Shown: positions 37,194 through 46,857 of the stretch, piece by piece | How the letters are laid out: every line of letters starts with the position of its first letter | How positions within the stretch are numbered: position 1 is the stretch's first letter | Source of the DNA: an uncultured Gammaproteobacteria bacterium | GTDB taxonomy: Bacteria > Patescibacteriota > Microgenomatia > UBA8517 | Reading direction: 5' to 3' | Length of the DNA stretch: 64,000 nucleotides | NCBI GenBank assembly: GCA_964583685.1 | Contig: CAZOVJ010000001.1 | Span: forward strand, 393,152-457,151 | Notes under the pieces: model-generated | Told to the model about the DNA's origin: nothing | The model's input: the letters and a program-made list of their open reading frames with translations, nothing else | Databases searched by the model: none | Translations under genes and position numbers: made by a program

Positions 37194-38854
37194 AAAGAGT
37201 GGTTCCATTTCTATTAATTATTTTTCTCGCTCTTCCCGCAGCTAGATATTTGCTTGGACAGGGTTACTTTAACATGCACGATGACTTGCAGGTTATGCGT
37301 ATTTACCAGTTTGAGAAATGCTTGGCAGACGGACAAATTCCTTGCCGATGGTCTCCTGATATGGCTTATGGATACGGTCAAGCAATGTTCAACTTTTACA
37401 GTACCTTTCCTTACTATCTTGGAGCTCTAATGAGAATTATTGCCCCTTTTTCTATCATGGAAACAGTTTTGCTTCTTTTCTTAATCTCACTTATTTTGTC
37501 TGCTTTTGGAATGTATTTTTTAGCAAAACAGTTTTGGGGGAAACTGGGTGGTATAGTGGCCGCAGTTTTGTATACTTACGCTCCCTATCATGGCCTTGAT
37601 ATCTTTATTCGAGGCGCACTGGCCGAGTCGTTTAGCTTAGCCATATTGCCATTTATTTGGCTTTTTATATATCTGGTGATTAAAAAAGCAAGCTTTCAAA
37701 GAGTTGTGGGGCTAACTCTTTCTTTGGCAATACTCTTTACCACTCACAACGTTTCTTCTTTAATGTATGCTCCCTTTACAGCTGTTTGGGCTCTCTTTTG
37801 GATAGTTTATTCAAAAAAATGGAAGTCAATATTGGGCCTTGGACTGGGGGGCGTTCTTGCTTTAGGAATTTCAGCCTTTTTTCTTCTGCCAGTCTTGTTT
37901 GAGCAGTCCTTAATCCAGAAAGAGTTTTTTACGATGGATTATCTTGACTATAATGCACATTTCGTCTCAATTAGGCAACTTTTCTTGGATAGAGCTTGGG
38001 GACATGGGCCTTCTATTTTTGGACCTGAGGATGAATTATCTTTCCAAATAGGATGGCCACACTGGTGGCTGGCAATCCCTTTAACTTTTATTGCCCTTTT
38101 CTGGTTTGTAAAAAAACGAAGCAAATCTCTACTGTTTGTCATTTTAGGTCTTTTGGGGTTTTCGGCTTTGACTGCCTTTTTAACCCATTCCCGCTCAACC
38201 CCCATATGGCAAGCAATACCCATGATGGCCTTTATTCAATTTCCCTGGAGATTTTTAGGGCCCACTATATTTGGACTTTCCTTTGGAGCCGGAGCTTTGG
38301 TAAAAACAGGAATCAAATTTAGACACCTAGTTGGCACTTTTATTATCATATTAGCAATCGTATTGAACTTTAACTATTTTAAGCCCTGGAGTACCTATGC
38401 GATAAATGATGAAGAAAAGTTAAGCGGTATCTCATTTGAGATTCAGCAAAAGTCAGCCATATTAGACTATCTTCCAAAAACTGCGCCGATTGCTCCAAAA
38501 GAGCTTGCTCCTGAAAAGCCAATTATTGCCTTCGGTGAAGCTGAAACCTACAACTTCTCAAAACGCTCAAATAGCTTCTTTTTTGATGCTGAGGTATATC
38601 AAAACACGGAAATTCAAATTCCAGTCATGTATTTCCCGGGCTGGAAAGTTATCTCTGAAAAAACTGTCATTCCCAGTTGGCCCTCAGGAGATTATGGACT
38701 CATTACTATTGAGCTACCTCAAGGCAAACATATTATCAGAGGAAGGTTTGAAAACACACCGGTACGAGACATTGGCAATACAATATCCATATTATCAACA
38801 ATCATTATTTTCTCAGGCTTTTTGGTTGAAGCTAACAAAAAGAAATCAAAATGA
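37190..38854 (+). CDS. YfhO-like GT-C membrane protein, 'HDDLQ' family paralog 2
   Basis: FNMHDDLQVMRIYQFEKCLADGQIPCRWSPDMAYGYG. C-terminal YFPGWKVISE. 4-nt overlap with the upstream gene. Confidence 0.65.
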   Translation: MKRVVPFLLIIFLALPAARYLLGQGYFNMHDDLQVMRIYQFEKCLADGQIPCRWSPDMAYGYGQAMFNFYSTFPYYLGALMRIIAPFSIMETVLLLFLISLILSAFGMYFLAKQFWGKLGGIVAAVLYTYAPYHGLDIFIRGALAESFSLAILPFIWLFIYLVIKKASFQRVVGLTLSLAILFTTHNVSSLMYAPFTAVWALFWIVYSKKWKSILGLGLGGVLALGISAFFLLPVLFEQSLIQKEFFTMDYLDYNAHFVSIRQLFLDRAWGHGPSIFGPEDELSFQIGWPHWWLAIPLTFIALFWFVKKRSKSLLFVILGLLGFSALTAFLTHSRSTPIWQAIPMMAFIQFPWRFLGPTIFGLSFGAGALVKTGIKFRHLVGTFIIILAIVLNFNYFKPWSTYAINDEEKLSGISFEIQQKSAILDYLPKTAPIAPKELAPEKPIIAFGEAETYNFSKRSNSFFFDAEVYQNTEIQIPVMYFPGWKVISEKTVIPSWPSGDYGLITIELPQGKHIIRGRFENTPVRDIGNTISILSTIIIFSGFLVEANKKKSK

Positions 38855-40563
38855 TAATAAAAAAATTTTTAAACCATCCTCTCTCTATTGCCTTTTTTTT
38901 GCTTATACTATCAATTCCCGCCAGTCTGCCTCTCCTTTCTGCCGGTTTTTATGAGCCGCATGACCTTCATCATTTTGCCGATATCTATCAAATGATACGG
39001 GCTTTTCAGTCTGGACAACTTCCTCCTAGGTTGGGGCCAGATTTTAGTTTCGGCTATGGCTACCCCTTGTTTAACTTTTATTACTTAATGCCTTTTTATT
39101 TAGGATCCTTTTTCTTCTTTTTGTTCGGTAGTATCACTGCCAGTTTTAAACTAGTCTTTTTGGTTTGCATAATTTCCTCAGTCTTGGGAATGTATCTGTT
39201 TTTGCGAGAATTTACAGGAAAATGGGGAGCAACAGTAGGCTCAATTCTATTTCTTTACACCCCTTACCGGGCAGTGCAAATTTACGTAAGGGGGGCAATG
39301 GGTGAAGCATTGGCTTTATCTTTACTCCCCCTTGTTCTATGGGGAATTACAAGAATTATTAGAAATCCTAACAATAAAAATTTAATGGCTGGTGTCTCGC
39401 TAATCACCGCCACTTTTATTCTTTCTCACAACTATCTCTGGGCGCTTTCGTTTCCTTGGATTCTACTGCTGATAATTTTCCTTATGGCTAAAAGAGGAGG
39501 AAAACGCCCTGGGAAAAGCCTCATGTTTACTGGTCTTTTATCTATCGGTCTTACTGCATATTGGTGGCTGCCTGCTTTGCTAGAAAATAAACTGGTTGCC
39601 TCAAAAACGCCATTTCCACTTATAGACCACTTCCCCTTTATCAAACAACTAATTATTCCCTCCTGGGGTTATGGCAGTTCGGTTTGGGGGCCAGGAGACG
39701 AAATTTCTTTTCAAATCGGTTTAATAAATTTGTTTGTCTTAGCGTTTTTTGCCTTGCTTCTTATTTTCAAACAAAAGCTTTTTAGAAAAAAAGGGTTCTA
39801 CTTTCCCTTGTGGGCATTGATTGGTTTTTTGGCAAGTGTCCTGATGATGAATTCCCGAACTTATTTTATTTGGAAAATTATTCCCTTTCATAATTTCATT
39901 CAGTTTCCCTGGCGCCTCTTGGTTTTTACCACTTTATTCTCAAGTGTTTTAGCCGCCATCATTGTTGATCTAGTCAGTAAAAAAGGGCAAAAATTTGCTG
40001 GAATTTTAGTTATTGGCACCAGTATGGCCTTAACTTTTAATTACTTCCAACCAAGCAAAATCTTTTATAAAACTGACAATAACTATCTTGCCCGCCTTTT
40101 TAGCGATAGAACTTTGGAGGGAAAAAAAGAAACAATCTCTGATGAATATTTAAATTATAGCGAAGATTATCTGCTTTTATCCAAATGGACAGACAAGCGG
40201 CCGAGCAACTTGCCTGAATCTAAAATTCAAGCTTCAGCTAATGCCGAAATAAAGCTTATTAAGGAAATAAATCCTACTCACTGGCAAGCTAAAGTAGAGG
40301 CAAAACAAGCAACAAAAATTATATTTCACTCTTATTACTTTCCCGGATGGTTTGCCAAGCTTGATGGAAAAAATACTGAAATTTCAGCAGCTAAACCTTA
40401 TGGTCAGATAGAACTTCAACTTTCAAAAGGCGAACACGAAGTAGAGTTTTTCTGGAAAGAAACACCTCTCCGTAAAGTGAGTGATCTTATTAGTTTACTT
40501 TCACTTATTCTAGTTATTATAGTTTTAGTTCCGAAGAAGCTCACCTTTCACAATCTCAAATAA
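38851..40563 (+). CDS. YfhO-like GT-C membrane protein, 'HDDLQ' family paralog 3 (divergent)
   Basis: YEPHDLHHFADIYQMIRAFQSGQLPPRLGPDFSFGYGYP. C-terminal YFPGWFAKLDGKN. Confidence 0.6.
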   Translation: MIIKKFLNHPLSIAFFLLILSIPASLPLLSAGFYEPHDLHHFADIYQMIRAFQSGQLPPRLGPDFSFGYGYPLFNFYYLMPFYLGSFFFFLFGSITASFKLVFLVCIISSVLGMYLFLREFTGKWGATVGSILFLYTPYRAVQIYVRGAMGEALALSLLPLVLWGITRIIRNPNNKNLMAGVSLITATFILSHNYLWALSFPWILLLIIFLMAKRGGKRPGKSLMFTGLLSIGLTAYWWLPALLENKLVASKTPFPLIDHFPFIKQLIIPSWGYGSSVWGPGDEISFQIGLINLFVLAFFALLLIFKQKLFRKKGFYFPLWALIGFLASVLMMNSRTYFIWKIIPFHNFIQFPWRLLVFTTLFSSVLAAIIVDLVSKKGQKFAGILVIGTSMALTFNYFQPSKIFYKTDNNYLARLFSDRTLEGKKETISDEYLNYSEDYLLLSKWTDKRPSNLPESKIQASANAEIKLIKEINPTHWQAKVEAKQATKIIFHSYYFPGWFAKLDGKNTEISAAKPYGQIELQLSKGEHEVEFFWKETPLRKVSDLISLLSLILVIIVLVPKKLTFHNLK

Positions 40564-42111
40564 GTAAAGCGTGTCGCGGGGACCATGAACCACATATTCT
40601 TTAAAGCCATCCGGTCTCAGGGCCTTGGGATATGCGGCAACAACCCTTAGACCTAGCTCTTCAAAATCCTGCTCGAACTTCAACCTGGAAGAATTGGCAA
40701 GCAAATAAGTTTTATTACCCGCTTTCTTAGATTCCTTGAGACTTGTAGGAAGTTCACCAATATCAATTCCCACTCCAATAACCAAAACATTAGGGACCTT
40801 GGCCAAATACATCTGCAAACCATCAGGCAAAGTGCCAAAATAGCCCTCTGTACCAACAATAATCTGGGTCTCAGGCTCTTGAGCATGGATTGTCTTAATC
40901 AGCTCTGCCGCCTCCCTTATGCCTGTTCCAGCCGTCCATTCTTCCAAATAGCCTGAGCGTTCACCTCTGGGCAGAGGTGCTTTTTCCGGATTTGTTAGTA
41001 AGAGACAATCAATACTCAAAGCATGGAGAATAAAAATGACCAGGCCTAAAAATAAAAGTTTTTGGAAAAATTCTTGCTTGACTAAAAATATTGACCCAGC
41101 CAATAACCAGAGAAAGGGAATTGAAAAAAGAATATAGCGAGCAGTAATAACCTTGGCAAACTCGGCCTGAACAAGTAAAGGGAAAAAAGACCAAGCCAAA
41201 AGCAAAACTATCTCTTTACCATATCTCCTTATATTCAAAAGGCTTCCCAGAACAAGAAAAACAACAACTACGCTCGGACCCAAAATCCAGAGCCACTGCC
41301 AGGCTCGGTGAAAATAGAAAATAAAGGGATCTTTGGGGTTTAACCAAAGATGGCTTAAGGGAAACACGTAATCTTCATTACGAGAGCCAATAAGATGAAA
41401 GTTGGGGCCGAGTCGCAGAATATTGTACATGGCAAAACTGATAATGTAGATGCTAGAGAAAAGAAAAATAAGTTTACCCAGATGAGTCAGTCTTTCTTTT
41501 TTTGTTTTGGGCCAATTACTCAGAATAACAGTTGTTGGCAAAAGAATAACAAAAAATAAAGCCGGTGATTTTGTTAGCAAGGCTCCTCCTAAAGCAAATC
41601 CAGTAAACATGGCCATATCCAAACGCATTGTTCTGACCGTAATAACAGCCAAAAAAAGGCTCCAAAGACCAAACATCGCCAACAGGGAATCGACCAAGGC
41701 CATCCTATCGAAAAATAAGCTAAAAGGAGAAACTGCCCATATTAATGAAGTAATTAAAGCCACTTTTTTGGATTTAAAAAGATAGAGAGCAAAGCTAAAA
41801 AGACCAATTATTGTTACCATGCCGGAAACAACTGAAATGAAGCGACCAATAAATAAGGGGTCACTAAATCTGTTAACTAAAAACATTAAAATCCACATAA
41901 AAAGAGGTTGTTTACCATCTGAGAGAGGTAAGAAGCGGAGGGTTGGCTCAGCCACCATAATTTGAGACCAGCGGATATAAATGGCCTCATCTGTAAAAAC
42001 AGGTAAAATCGTCAAATTATAAATTCGCAAAAAAAGGCCAATAGCAACAATCAGAAAGCCCAAAAGAATTGTTAGCTTCCAGTCTTTAAAGTAGTCTAAA
42101 AATTTAGACAT
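40525..42111 (-). CDS. GT-C glycosyltransferase, ArnT-like (PMT_2)
   Basis: First loop PVFTDEAIYIRWSQIM. 528 aa, polytopic. Confidence 0.7.
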   Translation of the reverse strand: MSKFLDYFKDWKLTILLGFLIVAIGLFLRIYNLTILPVFTDEAIYIRWSQIMVAEPTLRFLPLSDGKQPLFMWILMFLVNRFSDPLFIGRFISVVSGMVTIIGLFSFALYLFKSKKVALITSLIWAVSPFSLFFDRMALVDSLLAMFGLWSLFLAVITVRTMRLDMAMFTGFALGGALLTKSPALFFVILLPTTVILSNWPKTKKERLTHLGKLIFLFSSIYIISFAMYNILRLGPNFHLIGSRNEDYVFPLSHLWLNPKDPFIFYFHRAWQWLWILGPSVVVVFLVLGSLLNIRRYGKEIVLLLAWSFFPLLVQAEFAKVITARYILFSIPFLWLLAGSIFLVKQEFFQKLLFLGLVIFILHALSIDCLLLTNPEKAPLPRGERSGYLEEWTAGTGIREAAELIKTIHAQEPETQIIVGTEGYFGTLPDGLQMYLAKVPNVLVIGVGIDIGELPTSLKESKKAGNKTYLLANSSRLKFEQDFEELGLRVVAAYPKALRPDGFKEYVVHGPRDTLYLFEIVKGELLRN

Positions 42112-42856
42112 TATATCTACCTAAAAAAGCACTTATTCTCACCCGGGTTAAATCTTTCAAGGCCTGCCACGAGTCTTTGATGGGATTTACCCTCAAGGTA
42201 CCTTTATGATGCCAGATAACAGGCACTTCAACAACCTTTAAGCCAAGTTTTTTGGCAATATAAAGGAGCTCCAAGTCAAATCCAGCGGTCACGGCTGAGC
42301 CTTCCAGGGCCCGCTTTTCCGTAAAAACCTGCATCCTTTCAAAAACCTGCTTAACGGTCTTTTTGTTAAAGGCCTTAAAGCCACATTGAGTATCACTGTA
42401 GCCCAGTCCAAGAATTAATATTCTGAGGATTTTAAAACCATAAGCCATGGCCTTACGAATAAAAGGGGCTCCCTCTCGTCCTTGTCTTGAGCCAATAACA
42501 ATATCGTACTTTCCCCTCTCAAATTGAGGCAAAACCTTGGCTAATTGATTAATAGGTGTTGCCTGATCCATATCAGTAAAAAGAATTATCTGGCCAGAAG
42601 CAACCAGCATCCCGGCAATCACTGCCCCGGCCTTTCCCCGGTGAGGCTCTTGATAAACCTTGAAGTTTTTATGCTCACGGCTAAATTTCTCGGCCAGAAA
42701 GGTTGTCTTGTCAATTGACCCATCATCAACTATTAAAACTTCCCAAGAGTACTTTTGCTTTTTTAAATAGTGATAGACACTCTCTAGAGCACCTGATTTT
42801 ATATTTTCCTCTTCATTATAGGCCGGGATAACCAGCGAAAGGTATATTTTTTCCAT
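42104..42856 (-). CDS. GT2 polyprenol-phosphate sugar synthase-like glycosyltransferase
   Basis: LSLVIPAYNEEENI...VLIVDDGSIDKT...FTDMDQ. Confidence 0.8.
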   Translation of the reverse strand: MEKIYLSLVIPAYNEEENIKSGALESVYHYLKKQKYSWEVLIVDDGSIDKTTFLAEKFSREHKNFKVYQEPHRGKAGAVIAGMLVASGQIILFTDMDQATPINQLAKVLPQFERGKYDIVIGSRQGREGAPFIRKAMAYGFKILRILILGLGYSDTQCGFKAFNKKTVKQVFERMQVFTEKRALEGSAVTAGFDLELLYIAKKLGLKVVEVPVIWHHKGTLRVNPIKDSWQALKDLTRVRISAFLGRYNV

Positions 42857-44343
42857 TATTTAGTAAAGCCAAACATGGGATCTGTCAGATTAGAATTTTG
42901 GCCGCTACAACTTATAAGTACCTCCTCCTTCGTATACAAAGGATAATCAGGATAGATAATTCCTATTGCCCCGAAAGTTTTATGAACTTCTATGTCTTTT
43001 CTCAACGGAAAAACAATTGTATAGACAGGGCTTCCACTTTTCGGATGATTAACATGGATGTCTTCCAACCAGAAAAAATATCTATAACCCAACTCATAGC
43101 CCGGCTTTGTTATATAAGAAACAGCCACACAGGGAAAATCTTTTTCTTGAGCATCTTTTTTAATTTCGGCAACAACCGCCCTTCTCTCAATATACCCACT
43201 TTTATTTATATCCATTGAAAAAAATCTATAAATATTAATAGCTAAAAATAGAACTATTAAAGAAATTGATAGTTTTTTAAATCTTTCTTGATTGAATAAA
43301 GATGAAATAGCCACACTCACAATTCCAATCCAGACAACGGTCATCCCGTTGAAATAATATTCGGAAAGAATAATTGCGTTAAGAGAGAAAAACACGATGT
43401 ATATTGCCAGCCAGATAGACCAAAGTATAATCAGCTCTTTCCTAATCAGCTTTTTGATGGCAATAAAAAATAATAGTCCAATCAGAATGTAGAGTGCCCA
43501 TTTATGCTCGATATTAATAAACGAACCCCACAGAAGACCTGTCGTATTTTTGGAAATTAAAGTAATTGCTCTATGAAACTTAATTAGGATTCCAGAAAAA
43601 TCACCTTTGCCTATTGTCAAAGAGCCTAGCACGGCCTTTGTTTGACTAAAACCATGACGCAATTCAAAAAGGATTAAAGGCAAGGATGTTAGTATTAGTG
43701 ATATTACTCCAAAAATGGCAGCATTAATATTTAGTCTTTTTCTTCCTAAGAAAAACGCAATCAAAGCCAGGGGGGCTATAATTGCCAGAGCTAAGTTAAA
43801 ATTCCAAACTAGGCCCAGTAAAATCCCGCTCAATATAAAACCCCTTTTTTGTTCACCTCTGAGTATTAAGTGTAGGGAATAAAGAAACCAAACCGTCCAA
43901 ATTATGGCTGGCGTAGTTGGCACAACCTCCCTATCAGTTAAAACAGTATAAAAAGAAGTCGCATATATTAGAGAAGCAATTAGCCCTGTTGATTTATTGA
44001 AAATTTTCAAAAACACATAATAGCAACTCCAGATACCAAAGGCCCCCAAAAAGGTAACCATTACAACTCCTCCTATTGGATCCATGTCAAAAAGTAAATA
44101 AAATGGAATAAGAAGATAATAAAAAACAGGCCCTACAAAAACTCCGTGACTTGAAGTCTCTTGACCGATTAATCGCAAATGTTTGTTAACCAAAATATCT
44201 TTTATTATCCATCCTGCCAAATCCTGATCATGGGAATAGATAAAAAGTTGAAGAGGTTTGTAGCTTTTTAAAAATAGTCCCAATCCCAAAATTACTAGGA
44301 ATGGATAGTTCTTAATAATAAATTTTTTAATTTTGAGTTTCAA
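42856..44343 (-). CDS. GT-C-like polytopic membrane protein, 'RD-motif' family paralog B
   Basis: YSHDQDLAGWIIKDILVNKHLRLIGQETS is similar to the other RD-family members. Confidence 0.6.
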   Translation of the reverse strand: MKLKIKKFIIKNYPFLVILGLGLFLKSYKPLQLFIYSHDQDLAGWIIKDILVNKHLRLIGQETSSHGVFVGPVFYYLLIPFYLLFDMDPIGGVVMVTFLGAFGIWSCYYVFLKIFNKSTGLIASLIYATSFYTVLTDREVVPTTPAIIWTVWFLYSLHLILRGEQKRGFILSGILLGLVWNFNLALAIIAPLALIAFFLGRKRLNINAAIFGVISLILTSLPLILFELRHGFSQTKAVLGSLTIGKGDFSGILIKFHRAITLISKNTTGLLWGSFINIEHKWALYILIGLLFFIAIKKLIRKELIILWSIWLAIYIVFFSLNAIILSEYYFNGMTVVWIGIVSVAISSLFNQERFKKLSISLIVLFLAINIYRFFSMDINKSGYIERRAVVAEIKKDAQEKDFPCVAVSYITKPGYELGYRYFFWLEDIHVNHPKSGSPVYTIVFPLRKDIEVHKTFGAIGIIYPDYPLYTKEEVLISCSGQNSNLTDPMFGFTK

Positions 44344-45826
44344 TTCGTTTTCTCCTTTGAACAGTTATTCCACCAAACCTGGCCTCTTCTTCCACCACTC
44401 CTATCCCCTTTTGTCTCTCAAGCCAGGCTTCGAGCCGCTCCGGGTGAGGCGGGTCTACTTCGTATAAAGTATAAAGCAAGGAAACCTGCTCCTCCATTGG
44501 TTGATAACCATACTTGCTTCCATACCATTTAAAAAGATAGTCATAGCTATAGGGAATAACCGGCGGGACATAGACATCGACATTGAACTTCCTACTGCCA
44601 ACATCTGTATAAATCCAATCAAGGGCCTGCTTCTCATTGCCAAAGGCCACTGTTTGCGGGCCGTCAAGTCCATCGGAAATCTTATAACGGACAACCTCAA
44701 AATTTGTTGACAAAAATACATATAAAAAGAAAATAATAAATATCTTACCCGGGCCCAGTTTCCAAAGTTGTCCCAAAACAACGGCAAAAAGCAAGATGAA
44801 AATCAGATAATACCCGGTTAAATAATAACCATAGATGTTGCCAAAATTTCCCTGGAAAAAAAGAAGGCCTAAAAGAGGAGAAAGGAAAAGAAGTAGTAAA
44901 ATTTTTATACCATCCCTTTTGAGCAATTTGGGTAAAAAGGCAATAAAAGAAAATCCTATCACCCCGAGAATAAAAACCTCTCTTGCCCGCCGCCAGTGAA
45001 AAATCTTATTAGTAAAAACATCATAATAAAAATTTAATCTAGTGCCAACAACCTGCCAAAGAGAAACCTTAAAGCTTTCATCTTTGATTAAAAATTTTTC
45101 CAGACTATTGCGTATTAAACCAGCGTGTCTGATATCAAAAACAACTAACGGAAAAGCAGTAAAGAGCAGGGCGATGACACTGAGCAACAAGAATTTTTTG
45201 TCGGGCAAATTTTTGCGCCTTATCTGCCAGATGGCAAAGAGAAAAATGGCGGGAAAATAAAAAACCTCACCAGCTGAGCCAAAATGAAAAAGAGAAAGCC
45301 CGGCAATTAAGGCAATCAACGGCCAAGCCCATTTTTTTCCCTTTGTAACCAGGAGCATCATCCAAACGAGCAAAAGACTTAATAGAAGCATGGGTGTAGG
45401 ATTGGAAAGCCAGCGTGAAGCCATAATAATATAAAAAGAAAAAGAGGCAATCACAGCCGCCAAAAGTCCAGTCATTCTATCCTGAACCTTAAAGCCAAGA
45501 TAATAAAGAATGATAATGGCTAGAACACTAGTCAATGCCAAAAAAACGGCCGGCCAAACAGGGTTTCCGCCTCCAAGTAAATAAAATGGGGCAATCAAAT
45601 AATAATAAAAAGGGCCTCTAAAAATACCAGCTATTCCGGTTGTCGGCCCAATCAAAAAAAGCTTCCCTTTGTGCCACAAATCCCAAATGACCAAGGCATC
45701 CCTTCCCTGGTCATAATAAAATCCTAAAACCTGCCCCACTCGATAAACACGGACAAATAGAGCCAGGCCAAGGATAAGGAAGAGAAGAAAATAAATAAGG
45801 GGATGGTAGTTTTTGAGCTTTTTCAT
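44327..45826 (-). CDS. GT-C-like polytopic membrane protein, 'RD-motif' family paralog C
   Basis: FYYDQGRDALVIWDLWHKGKLFLIGPTTG. Confidence 0.6.
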   Translation of the reverse strand: MKKLKNYHPLIYFLLFLILGLALFVRVYRVGQVLGFYYDQGRDALVIWDLWHKGKLFLIGPTTGIAGIFRGPFYYYLIAPFYLLGGGNPVWPAVFLALTSVLAIIILYYLGFKVQDRMTGLLAAVIASFSFYIIMASRWLSNPTPMLLLSLLLVWMMLLVTKGKKWAWPLIALIAGLSLFHFGSAGEVFYFPAIFLFAIWQIRRKNLPDKKFLLLSVIALLFTAFPLVVFDIRHAGLIRNSLEKFLIKDESFKVSLWQVVGTRLNFYYDVFTNKIFHWRRAREVFILGVIGFSFIAFLPKLLKRDGIKILLLLFLSPLLGLLFFQGNFGNIYGYYLTGYYLIFILLFAVVLGQLWKLGPGKIFIIFFLYVFLSTNFEVVRYKISDGLDGPQTVAFGNEKQALDWIYTDVGSRKFNVDVYVPPVIPYSYDYLFKWYGSKYGYQPMEEQVSLLYTLYEVDPPHPERLEAWLERQKGIGVVEEEARFGGITVQRRKRIETQN

Positions 45827-46857
45827 TTTTTCTTGGCAAATTTTTTGGCTGTCTGAAGTACCTTCTCTACTGCTTTAGTAAAGGCAAGTCCCTGGATTAT
45901 TACTCCGGCTGCTGCCTTATGCCCACCCCCACCCAAGACAAGGGCTATTTTAGAAACATCAAAATCAGTCCGCGCTCTGAAACTTACTGAAAGCTTGCCT
46001 TCTTGCTTTTCCAGCATAATTATCCCAAAATCAACCCCCTTTACAACCCCGGCAAACATACTGGCTGCACCCTCATGTGCCTGTAAAGGCCTACCATACT
46101 CTAAAAATTTATTATAAGGAAGGGCTGACCAAACAAATTTAAACTTTTTTTCAAACTTCATCCCAGTAAGAAATTCGCCCCACATCTTTAAGGTATTAAA
46201 TCCCATACTGCGATAAAGGTGGAAAATAATTTTTTCTTTATCAGCTCCCCCTTTAAGAAGCTTTATGGCTGCTTCCAGGGTTTTCAAACTAGTATTGGAA
46301 AATCGGAAAACTCCTGTGTCTCCAATTATGCCAGTAAGAAGAGCTGTGGCAATATTTCTATCAATTTCAACTTTCCAATCTTTAAAAATTAAGTAAAGAA
46401 GCTCTCCAACCGAGCTAACCTTAGCATCAACTAAATTTATGTTTCCAAATTTCTCGTTTGTTTTATGATGGTCTATTACTATAAGGGGGAGGCTGGGTAC
46501 TTTTATGTCTTTATCTCCAGAAACCATGTACCAACTGGCAGAATCAAGAACAATAAAAAGATCAAATCTCAAAAAGTTATAAGTCGAAAAATCTACAACT
46601 TGAATTTTCTCAGAATAGGCTAAAAACTTAACACTTTCTGGTAGTTCATTTGGGCAGATTACTTCTACTTTTTTCCCCATTTTTTTGAGGACCTGGTACA
46701 TAGCCAGTGCGCTGCCAAAAGCATCGGGATCAGGACTACGATGGCAATTAAGCAGAATTCTCTTGGACTGCTTAATCTCTTTTAAAATTATTTTCGACTG
46801 CTGATAATTCATTGCGTGTGGACTAGTTGATATAAGGTTATTCCTCCAACTTGCCAC
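45823..46857 (-). CDS. nrnA: DHH/DHHA1 phosphoesterase, NrnA-like (oligoribonuclease / pAp phosphatase)
   Basis: DHH motif (LIVIDHHKTNEKFG), DxD (HRSPDPDAFGSA) and DHHA1 GGGH (LGGGGHKAAAG). Confidence 0.8.
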   Translation of the reverse strand: MASWRNNLISTSPHAMNYQQSKIILKEIKQSKRILLNCHRSPDPDAFGSALAMYQVLKKMGKKVEVICPNELPESVKFLAYSEKIQVVDFSTYNFLRFDLFIVLDSASWYMVSGDKDIKVPSLPLIVIDHHKTNEKFGNINLVDAKVSSVGELLYLIFKDWKVEIDRNIATALLTGIIGDTGVFRFSNTSLKTLEAAIKLLKGGADKEKIIFHLYRSMGFNTLKMWGEFLTGMKFEKKFKFVWSALPYNKFLEYGRPLQAHEGAASMFAGVVKGVDFGIIMLEKQEGKLSVSFRARTDFDVSKIALVLGGGGHKAAAGVIIQGLAFTKAVEKVLQTAKKFAKKK

